DNA of 64,000 bases, from positions 36,704,001-36,768,000 of the forward strand of contig CM060734.1 of assembly GCA_030704615.1 (NCBI GenBank). Direction: 5' to 3'. Numbering within the stretch: position 1 is the stretch's first letter; each line of letters opens with the position of its first letter. Source of the stretch: Takakia lepidozioides (taxonomy: Eukaryota > Plantae > Bryophyta). The notes under the pieces were generated by a model. The model saw only the letters and a program-made list of their open reading frames with translations. It searched no databases and was not told where the DNA came from. Made by a program: the position numbers and the translations under genes. This document shows positions 12,170 to 23,100 of the stretch, piece by piece.

Positions 12170-12846
12170 CACTACAAACGATTGCGGTAGTTATGACTGC
12201 CAAACCGTGGTAGTCATGGTTTTCTTGACTTTGATCATGACTGCACCATGTTTTTATATGACCTACCGCAGTCGTTCGTACGACTGTAGTCATATGAACG
12301 ACTATCTAAGTAATCATCTGTATGATTACATGGCTCCGGAATGGGCGGACGACTGGTCAACGGCAATTGACCAGATTTAGCTCACCACTCATAGTCATTT
12401 CTATGACTACAATGTACATGGATGAGGTTACATAGTCATGATGACTACTGGGGATTTTATAATTTGGTGTGTATAATACAATTAAAACACCATATGATTA
12501 CATGAATGACTAATGGGTGTATTGGTTAGCAGATAGTGAACTATAACTCTTATAACAAAGAGGTTGTAGGTTCAAACTCCTCAAAGTATAATCAAATCGA
12601 TAAGATGGCCCTAGGATTAGTAGACGAGCTAGGGCTAGCACCCTAGATGGACTGCCACATGGTTTTTCAATTATTATAAAATGCATTATGCCACGTAGCA
12701 CAATGCAGTACGGCGCGGCGTCACTTGGTTCATCTGACTGTAGTCATCCAGATCGTACCATCATGTACTCATTGTATTCACTTGGTTTGCACGACTTACA
12801 GTCATAGAAGTCATATGTACCATTTATGACTGCAGAATAGTCATCG
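12170..12846 (+). mobile_element. CACTA family-B-like left end with GACTAC/GTAGTC/CATGAC subterminal repeats
   Basis: Starts CACTACAAACGATTGCGGTAGTTATGACTGC, resembling the TIR of the 49271-54663 element, and has the same subterminal motif array. Confidence 0.6.
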
Positions 12847-12847
12847 C

Positions 12848-14098
12848 GTGAGTAGGAAGGGATTTGAGGTAATGAGTGAGAAAATAGAAACTATTCAGCA
12901 GTGGATAACCCCTGAAGACATTACCCAATTAAGGAGTTTTCTTGGCCTTACCGGATTCTACAGACGATTTGTACGGACATTCTCAAAGATTGCCCAACCA
13001 TTGACAAATCTTTTGGGCAAAAGAATTAAATGGAAGTGGGGTACAGAAAAGAAGTTAGCATTTCAGGCCTTGAATGATGTGTTGCTTCATGCCCCAATCT
13101 TGAAATGGTATGATCCGACAAGACTAATCAAGTTCTCGGTAGAAGCGTTAGGCTCAGCAGTGGGTGGGGTATTACAACAAGAATGAGAAGACGGATGGCA
13201 CCCAGTGACAAATTTTTCTCGCAAATTGTTACCTGCGGAACAAAATTATCATACAACCGAACGAAAAAAATTGACCATTATTTTGGGTACAAAACATTGG
13301 AAGCACTATCTTGGAGACAATAAGTTCATAGTGGACACAAACCATAAATCGTTGGTGTACTTGGAGACACAAAAAGATCTATCGAAGAGACAGATTCGTT
13401 GGGCGGAGTGACGACAACAATTTAATATGAAGATCGTCTATGTGGAGGGAAAACGACAATTGATAGATGCAATGACAAGGATGTCGCACATGAACACATT
13501 GACATAAATCAACATTTAACCCGATTGGTGGAACAAGATAACGACGGCTTCTAAAGATGATGGGGAGATCGTGGACGCTAAAAAGAAGGACAAAGTGACA
13601 GAAGTTCGAGGGTTGGTATTCAAGGAAGGTAAACTTTGGATCCCTGATGAACCTGCATTGAAGACAGAAGTCTTCTTTGAAGCCCATGATACGGCGATAG
13701 CAGGACATGTTGGAGTTGAAAAAACATTCAAACAACCAAAACGAACATTTTATTGGTCGCGGATGCGAGACGAGGTGGAGACGTACGTTCGAAATTGCAT
13801 GAGATGTCAACAAAACAAGTCAACAAACCGCAAGCCAACAGGTCTTTTACAACCACTACCAGTACCAAATAGATGTTGGGAACATATGAGCATGGATTTA
13901 GTTTGTGAGTTACCTCAAATCTCATCGGGATACGACATTATAGTGATGTTTGTAGACAAATTGAGTAAGATGATACACATCCGTCCCACTCGAAAATCCG
14001 TTACTGCACCTGAACTAGCTCGACTATATCTGGAAGCGGTCTATTCTCATCATGGGCTATCTAAAGTTCTCATTACTGACAGGGGTACCCAATTTATA
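12848..14098 (+). pseudogene. Ty3/gypsy pol fragment: RT connection, RNase H, integrase Zn-finger and start of integrase core
   Basis: LRSFLGLTGFYRRFV, VGGVLQQ, FSRKL...NYHTTE, H..AGHVG...TFYW...C..CQ, GLLQPLP, SMDLV, VDKLSKM, ITDRGTQF; stops and frameshifts present. Confidence 0.95.
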
Positions 14099-14720
14099 GT
14101 AGGTGATTGCATTTGTTGTACCATCTCGTAATTTTGCTTTAAATGATGATTTGATTAGCAGTAGGGCAGTAAGATGAAGTGTAGATAGTGGAGCAGCTTG
14201 TCTCTCTGGGCTGCTGCCACAGAAGTAAGCGGTGCCATTACTGTTTATGAATTAACTAAGGCTCATTGGCGGATGGTTTGCTGAGGGAAGCGCCATGACT
14301 TAATGACTTTGGCTACTGGAGAAGCGCCGGAAGTAGTAGCAAGCGGCAGATATCTAGGCAGCTGCTGACGAGGATGTGAGAGCCAACGTGGGCAGGAAGC
14401 TCCACCGCCTGCTTCTAAGTATAAATCAACCATGTGAGAAAAAATGGCTTCTTCTTCTTGTTTCACTTAGGAATAGTTGTTGTTGTTTTGATTTAGGAGC
14501 TCTCAAGCAAGACTGATGTATAAGATAAGATTTTGAGAAATGGAATGGAGGTGGCCTGACTTCAAACCAGGGAGATTGTAGAGAGGATGTGAGAGGATGT
14601 GAGAGGATGCATATGTCTGTGGGGATATTGATTAGAGAGCAGATGCAGCCCCACCATAGTCACTGAGTGTATGATGTTCCTTTTGCTTCAGATCATCTGT
14701 TTCCAGTAGCATGAATCTGG

Positions 14721-15150
14721 TGTAACACCCAGGATCTACACAAACTAGAATAGAAGTACTTCTCAACTTTTTCCCAAAACAACTCGATGCCTTCTAGGCT
14801 TTCATTGCAGGTTTATATACAATATGATTATTTTAAAGGTTTGACTTGAGAGCCTCAAGTCAAAGCTTTCTAAAGTCAACCTTCCTAGGTTTGACATATT
14901 TTCCACAATACGACTTTATCAAAGATACTTGCTAAAATCAACTTTCATAGGTTTGACATATTCTCTACAATATGACTTTATCAAAGATTTGACCTACTCT
15001 CCATAATATGAATATCTTAGAGGTTTGACTTGAGAGCCTCAAGTCAAACTTCCTTAAGTCAAACTTCTTCGGATCCTTCCTAGTTATTCTGGAAACTTCT
15101 GGGGAACTTTCCTCCTTTATCTAGAACCTTCTAGATTCTACCTTGTTACA
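14721..15150 (-). mobile_element. 3' LTR (~430 bp) of the gypsy element
   Basis: Bounded by TGTAACA (14721) and TGTTACA (15150) and follows the PPT on the minus strand. Has internal duplications with TTTGACTTGAG-agc-CTCAAGTCAAA hairpins. Confidence 0.85.
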
Positions 15151-16040
15151 ATCCTCCCATCTTTCAAGAAGCAACGTTCTCGTTGTTTGAATTTTCAAAA
15201 GCTTGAATTGCCAATTGAGCATTTGCGAGATTTTGCACCGGTTCGCAGGTAACTTCATATAATGGAAATCATTTCCATAAAACCAAATACTCCAACACCT
15301 CATGTCGCCCTCGTTTGTATGTGCGTTTTTTCATAACACGGTCGACCTCCCACTCTTCAATTCCGTTTATCAACTCTGGTAAAGGTTGTGGTTCTTGATT
15401 ATCTTTGAATATTGATGGTCGAGGTTCGTAACGACGTAGTAGAGAAACGTGAAACACCGGGTGGATCTTCATATGTGGTGGTAACTCCAGCTTGTATGCT
15501 ACTGCTCCAATGCGTTTAATGATCGAAAAATGATCATTGAACCGTGCCCCTAGTTTTCGCGATCCAATGATGTGTAAATTGGTTGTAGACAATCACACTT
15601 GATCCCCAACTACAAACTCCTCATCCCGTCGACGTGCATTTGCATACTGCTTTTGGCAATTTTGGGCAACCATCAGCTTCTCTTTAGCTTGACGTACTCC
15701 CCGTCGAATTTTGTTGCACAAATGCGTTAGTCGCGGCTACCTTGGATAACTCCTCTTTTGGTAAATTGAACTTCGTAAAAGTTGTTGGCACATTTGGGTG
15801 TTCACCATACATAAAAAAGAAATGAGTTTCTTTCGTTGACGCGTTGACCGAGTTATTGTATGAAAATTCTACCAATGGTAATAATCAATCTCACTCTTCT
15901 TGTTCTTCTAACGTAAAGGCCCGCAACATGTCTTCAATTGTACGATTTGCTCGTTCTGTCTGTCCATCTGACTCCGGATGATAGGCTGTTGACAAAGCTA
16001 ATTTGGTTTTAAAAGACCAAATAAGCTTTCCAAATTCTGC
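15151..16040 (-). pseudogene. Ty3/gypsy (chromovirus) integrase C-terminal half, GPY/F region, chromodomain and PPT; inverted relative to the 5' half
   Basis: [38 protein letters not shown]...IHPVFHVSLL, EEWEVDRV...EYLVLWK; PPT AAAGATGGGAGGAT directly before the LTR. Confidence 0.93.
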
Positions 16041-17270
16041 TCTGTCCATCGTTCGCAGCAACAGCTTGATCTCTTGCGAACCCTAGCTTCTAGTCAGCAC
16101 ACGTCATCCCTTCAATTTTTGATGGCCATGCTCCCTCATCTGGCAGGTGCACAAGTTACAAAGCTGCTTCATATGTTTGCTCATCCCCTACCTTCATTGA
16201 GCACTGCTAATCAAACCCATCTGAAGATATAAACCACAGATTGATAACAAAATGCAGCAACACCCCAGAGCCCTCTGTTCTGCTCAACTCTTCACCCACA
16301 GCTTAGATCCTTACCCACCGCTTAAGCCTAACTGCAGTGACTCCTCGCAACACATATGGCCGAGCTGCTTCCCTTCTCGTGCTTATCTTCCAGTTAATTG
16401 CCAAGTGACCAACATAACGTCCATGGCGGCACCGCCTCCCTCTGTATAGCAGCTGCACACATGCCAAGATGCTGCCTGGCAGCTTATCTTTTAAGAACCC
16501 TTCCTTCTGGAAAACCTGAGTCATCACTCATGAACCACCGCCCTCATCATTTCTTCATATCTGCAGCTGTTCATTACGTCGAGCTGATCCTCCACGCAAG
16601 CTCATCCTCCAGCATTCAATGAAAAGAAGACTAGCGGCACCTGCGCTCTTCATCCCGAGGGACTACTAGGATATACTGCATTCCATTGGAAGGTGGACAT
16701 TTTGAACCCTAAATCACCTAAGTTCTGCACATGTAAGGCACAAACTCCGACCAATGGGCTACTTGCCCGTGGATCATATTAGGCAAAGACCTGTGGAAAT
16801 GTGGATCAATTTTGTTTATTTAAAAAATCTATGGGCACTTGTGCTCGCGGCATTGTGGTATTGGGGTGAATCATTTGTGAAGTGGTCGATGTACTCAATT
16901 GTGCTAGGTAAGTGTGATTTCATGCTGGTATGTGTGAGTATGTTGGATAATGGACTTTTATGTTCTAGCATAGAGGACACTAGCCACAGTCCCGAATGAA
17001 AAAATAAAAAGAAATTCACGCTGGTTCTGCTTTTGGAAATGTCTTATGTCCTCATTCTAAGCTTGCAAATTCTTTTGTTAAGGCTGACAATGCTGACACA
17101 TAAGTGGCTAAGAACAAACATTAGGCCGGATGTTGACAATGCCATGTGTCCACAAGAGGGATAAGATGGACCAAAGATTCACTCTCCATGTGAACATTAG
17201 TATTAACCCCTAAAAGCATCTAGTGGCCTTGCCCTTTTATTTAAACTCTCTTTGCATCCTTGAATCTTAA

Positions 17271-18090
17271 CCCCGAAAGGTCGGCGCGACCTGAATCGGG
17301 TTGCAGCCGTTTTCATCCACGGAATAACTTCCGTGGATGAAAGTGGATGAAAAAAGTGTCTGAATGAAAAGTGAGTGTTGGAATTAATACCACACGCTCC
17401 ACTTTACTGCGCCCCCAAAACCCAAAACTCTGCCCCCTATGATTTTTCAAAGGGTACCCCCAGATAGATGGATCTAAGGCTGCCACTGCAGTTGACCTGC
17501 CGACGTGGTCTGCGGACAGCCCTTACATCGAACTGGAAAAGCCGCAAAAAAACCCATCTACAGAGTAGGTTTTGGTTTTTTGGAAAAAAATTTGGGCATT
17601 CTTCCTGCAAGATTGCACCAGAGGAAACTTGATTTTGTAAAAAACTCCAAGAGCTATGTGGATCTTCCTTTTCCAGTGTAGTTTTTCTTCCATTGAACCC
17701 CCCTGATTGCACATACAAAGGTGCCATATTCTTTTTGGGGAATTTGGCCCTCAAAATTCTTGAGGACATGTGTAACCCTGCAAAGATTGTGACTGAGTTG
17801 GTCCAGCCCCCAGAAAAAATCTCTGTCAGGGCAAATTTGCTTGGTCAAACAGAAATTTCCCCTAGAAACTTCCTTGGAGTTGAAAAAAATCCCCTGGTAA
17901 ATTATTATAATCTCCCAAACGGAACGGTCAATTATTTCCAAATTTGCACAGTACCTGCATCTAGTAGGTAACTACCACTTAGTAAGGTTCATTTCCGTGG
18001 ATGAACTCCTGCTGGCAGATATGGCCTCAGAGGTGTCAGTGGGTCCCATTTTTGAGGTGGACCCCCAAAAACACTCCCGGCGCTTAGGGG
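17271..18090. mobile_element. Non-autonomous piggyBac-like element (MITE)
   Basis: Flanked by TTAA at 17267-17270 and 18091-18094. Ends are CCCCGAAAGGTCGG and CCGGCGCTTAGGGG (imperfect TIR beginning CCC). No coding capacity recognised. Confidence 0.6.
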
Positions 18091-18625
18091 TTAACATACT
18101 CCGATTCCATAAACAAGCTATCTTGGAGAATCCACCCACATGGTGAAAAAACAGAAAAGGACGACGCCTCCAGAGGAAGTGTAAACTATAGTGAAGACTC
18201 CAACCTAAGTCGCACGTAGTTCCACAAGTCCTTTTGCATTCCAGCTACGAGCTCCATAGAACTTAGTTGCATATATTTGGCAGAAAGGTGGCATTTTGGC
18301 ATATTGCCATACTTGTGCCTCATTTAGTGAATGGCTGGCAAAATTGCATTAGCAAGGTTTGGCACATTGAGCCAAATTTCAAGACCCTTTCCCCATCATG
18401 TACAAAGGAGCTCGCATCAAAATTAGGAATTTTGATCTGAAATCTGATATACACATGCGCGACTTTATCGTGCACGACAATCCATAGCTCAAATTTCCAT
18501 GTAGCTGGAAGGAAGTTTTTAACATATTTTTGATGATGCAAGTTTGGACGATAGAGTGCCACCTTTAATTAAACATCGTAACGAAGAGCCAACAGTTGAT
18601 ATAATATTAATTGGGTAGCCTGTGC

Positions 18626-18775
18626 CGTTGGCCCAAGTGTCAAGTGTCATCTAAGCCCAAATGCAATTTCCTATGTATGCAAGTGCATCTCCTATGTCGA
18701 GGCCCAAGTGCAACCTCTAGGGTAGCCTTAGTCGTTGGCCCAAGGGTCCAATGTCATCTAAGTCCAAATGCATTG
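18626..18775 (+). repeat. Imperfect direct repeat (~40-bp unit, ~107-bp spacing) containing GGCCCA
   Basis: CGTTGGCCCAAG.GT...TGTCATCTAAG.CCAAATGCA occurs twice. Confidence 0.6.
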
Positions 18776-20102
18776 TTTTTCCACAGAGCCTACGACCAGA
18801 TTTGAATCGGAGACCTTTCCCATGATACCTCTCCTCTCGAGGCTCCAACCATTATCTAGGAATTACTTTGCTATTTTTCAGCGACCCAAAGTACTTGAAA
18901 TTCCACATCTCCCACACCGCAGGTCCAAAAATCATGAGACCACCTCCGTGCACCCCTCCTCCTCCGTGCACCAGGGCTGGGGCCTCGCGGTTGGGTCAAA
19001 TCTACAAAAACAAACAAAACAAAACAAAACAAGGCGTGAGATACACGGAGACCCTGCCATTGTTATATTGACATGAAGTTTTATGGAATCATGTTATGGC
19101 TAATAATAATGTATCTTACGACGATGGGTCTCTCTCTACAAAAGAGCCAATAAGGAAATGAGTGTAACATGTGCCCAACTGGGAACTAAAACTTTCATGT
19201 TCCCATAAAGTCTCATGGGAACAACCCATGATATAAGGTTAAGGTCACTTTTGGCCAACTTGATGCGTAGTCCCTGCCCCACAACAAAACAAAACAAACC
19301 TCTCGCTTCATATATTGATTGATTTGATTAAAAGGGCCTCCGTCCCCTTTCTATAAAAAAAAAGAAAAGAAAAAGATATAATCTTCATTGGGTGCCCAGT
19401 GATGGCAGGTGGGTGGGTGGTAGCCTTCAGGCGCAAATCAAATCATTGCCAAGTTTCCTTCAAGCGATGCTTGCCAAGCATGGAATATCTGCTGAAAAGG
19501 GGGCGTTGCAAGCAAAGGGTGAAGGAACCCCATGTATGGCGCTTGACTCGGCCAGCGGAGACGGGCACAACACCAGTGGATAAGGCCTTCCCCTTGCCTA
19601 CAACGTGGCCCCATCCCCTCACTCCACGTACCCACCCACGGACCGCTCGTGAGCTGACATGGACCCCCTTGTACCACCTGGCATACTTTGATTCGTTCCT
19701 GTTATGCACAAAAGGACTGCACCACAGGAAACCCCAGTGAAATTACCTCCAGGGAAGTATCTCTACACAGTGCAGGCGTCGAGCTAAAAATAGTGGAGTA
19801 ATGCCGGACAGAATTTCTGTTCACGCGTTCTCCTCAGAGTTCCCAATGTCGCGGGTCGCAAGGACCCGGCGGGGGATCGGTCGATACGGACGGTCGTAAA
19901 GCGCGGTGGCGTGGATCGCACGGGCGGGGACGGCGCGGGCGCACGAGGGCAAGTTTGGGGCCGTTTCTCTGAGGTAGTCTCGGAGGGGCGAAGGAAGGAT
20001 TGCGAGGGAGAGGAGGAGGGAGAGGGAGAGGGAGAGGGAGAGGGGATAAATCTGGTGGTGGAAGAGAGGAGGGGAGGCGGGGGGGATTGATCTGAAGGAG
20101 GT

Positions 20103-23100
20103 ATGGAGGTGCAGGATCAAGCGGGGGGATGGAATCCCCCGCTGATGGGGGTGCTGGCACTGCACTGTCACAATGTGCAGAAGGCGTTGCCGGCGTTGCA
20201 GCTGCCGAAGCCTGCAATGAACGCGGCATTAGGGTTTCATGATCCTCCTCTTACTAGTCTGGTTTCAGCTCTTAGTGCGATGAAGAAAGGGGTGCCGCCT
20301 GCGGTTTTGACCTTCTTTGGGCAAAGTGATGATAGAGAGCATAGCCATTTGTCGTGTAGCTGCAGCAATTCGGTGGAAGCTCCGGCAAGGAATGCAGGTG
20401 GATCGAAGTCTTTCTTCGGACTTTCTTGGCCGAATTCCGGGGTTGTCACTGGGTGTGAGCCCGCGCACAAGTGCGTGAAAGAAAGGAGTCACCTGGCGTA
20501 TGGTTGCTGTGATGCCTGCGGGTATTCAATTGAGAATGAAACAAGAAAGAGCACAGCGAAGCCCTTCTTTGGATTTCCGATGCAGGGATTCTCCATTGCG
20601 GGTTTGCAGAGTGGGTTGGACATGTTGCAAAAGTGTGAGAGGGAGAGTAGTGTGGCTTGCTGCAGCTGCAATGGAGTTGGTGATGATTGTAAGGAGTCTA
20701 GTTTCGAGGGGGGAATGATCAAGGTTTCGGTGATGGTCATGTCCATATTGAGACCTGGGCAACAGGGACAAAAGCGCAAGAAAATTGAGTGCCGCAACCA
20801 CGACGATCCTCATCATGATCATTGTCGTAAGGCTCAGGGTCCTAGCTATGCAATGTCCAGCTGCAGGGATGGCAGAGGCCATCCGCAGGAGCTTGGTGTC
20901 ATGCACATGGTGCAAATGTCTGTCTTAGGGTTCTGTGCTCAACATTTGAGCACGTCCAGCTCAAAAATCTCCGATAGGAAATGCTTGAGGAAGCGCAGCC
21001 GTCTGTGTGGCTGCAGTGACAGTGATGAAGATTTCAAGGAAGTCGCCAGGAAAAATGCAGCTAAAAGACCTTTTTTAGGTTTTTCTGTACAGAATTTCCT
21101 AGATTGTATGCCTGAGGTTAGGTCAAGCCTTGTGGAAAGCTTTGCCAAGAATGTTAAGAGACCCAGACTGATGAAAGTGGGACCACTAGGGTTTGCACGT
21201 GTACAAGGAGATCCAGATGTGCCAGCAGCATCTGTCGCTGAAGAAGCAAGGAACCAATCAACTGACAATAGTTCAATGGAGCACAATTCTTCTCCTGCCA
21301 ACTCTGCAGCACAACCATTTCCCGGGAAGCTACCTAATATTGACAAATTGCGCACGTCTCTGGCAACTCTCTCCGTTAAGGAACTGGTTGACCGGGTTGC
21401 CCAAATGGGCAAGGCCCCCCCTAATTATCCTGACAAAAAGAAGCTGACCTTCGTGCAAGATTTTTTCAAATACACTGAAGCTGAAGGTATGTTATGCTGT
21501 TGAAATATGCTTTCTCAACTGGTTGGTGGGAGGATGTGGTCTCACTGTTTTGAAAGTCTGGTAACTGCAGCTATAATTTTAACCATCCTTTCCTGAAGGC
21601 TATGCCCCTGTGTACAATCAATGCAGACTCTCCTACCAATGGGGCAGTCTGAATGTGATGCGACGTCAGACTGAATGCATGTTGCTAGAAAGCTGCAGTG
21701 ATTGGGTATGAAATTGATCATGCGACAGTAGCTGTGTGCCACAATGGAACTTCCAGGTTGATGACTCCTGAGGCCGGTTACTGATGATGAATTTTCTTGA
21801 TGCAACTAGAAAGCGGTTTCATTCACCTACATACACTAGCATAGTCCTAACAAGAAGCTGCGTGGAGCATGAATTTCTATGTGATGAGAAAAGTGATCAT
21901 GGGTCTTTTGCATGCTTATGGTCTGTGCAAGCAACATGTTATATCATTTGTATGCTCCAAGAATCTTCCACTCAGAACTCCTGTATCACTCAATGGATGC
22001 GCTTTTCACCAAAATCCGATTTTGATGATGTAATTTGCTTGACCTCTTGAGACCCAAGCACCCAGTTTGATCAATTTAATCATCCCTGTGCATGATGGTC
22101 TTTAAACGTTTCTTAAATGTTCTTTTTCATCTTCCATGAAGTGGCGTAAGTCATTCATTTACTGGTTCTCTATCTTATTGGCATTGCAGGGAAAAAGTTG
22201 TTTGAGGAGCTGGATAGAGATAGGGATGGCCTGGTCACCCTGGATGACCTGGAGGTCGCCATGAGGAAACGGCGGCTGCCACAGCGCTATGCCCGTGAGT
22301 TCCTTCAGCGAACCCGTAAACATTGGTTGGCCAAGTCATTTGGCTGGAGTGAATTCCAATTACTGATGGAACAGAAGGAGCCCATGATGCTGCGGGCATT
22401 TACTACACTGAGTTTGAGTAAATCAGGTACCCTTCAGAAGTATCAGGTGTTGACGTCCTTGCGAAATGCGGGGCTACCGGCAACAGATGGGAATGCAGCA
22501 GCCATGATGAGATTTTTGGATGCTGATACTGAGGGATCAATTGCATATGGCCAGTTTCGCAACTTCATGCTACTTCTCCCACCAGAGCGCTTAGGTGATG
22601 ATCCAAGGTACAGCAACAGATCTTGCTCCTGATTTTCACTCGTGACCAACAGAGGTTTAATTAAGATTTGCTCCATAACTTCTCTTGGGAGTCTCTGTAG
22701 CTTCAGGCGAGCTCTTCAACTTGCACAAACTGACCATAAAGTTCCAGATGCTGTGCTGATTCGCAATCGTGTTGCCTTCAGGATGGTTTGGTTTGAAGCT
22801 GCAACAGTGGTTCCAATGGCTCCCCCGGTTGATATTGCTGCTGGCTCTGTGCTTAAGTCAGCTCTGGCTGGGGGCATGGCTAGTGCTCTTTCTACTTGCC
22901 TCTTGCATCCTCTTGATACTGTGAAGGCAAGTGCTCCGTAATGAAGTGAATACAGCAATGGGTTCTTTTGATGGGTTTTCCAGGTTTGGACGATAAAAGA
23001 GTGCATAACCATTGGGCCTCCTGGAAGGTCATGGGAGATGCAAGTGAAAAGTTTTTGGCAAAATGATACTTGATGGATCTCATTTGTAGAATTAGTTGTC

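Noticed and set aside
12520-12582. tRNA-like segment with B-box GGTTCAAAC
   Set aside because: No convincing cloverleaf, A-box or TSD; at most a decayed SINE head.
14100-16620. Patchy inverted similarity between 14140-14345 and 16200-16430
   Set aside because: Only short scattered matches by eye; cannot be supported without an alignment.
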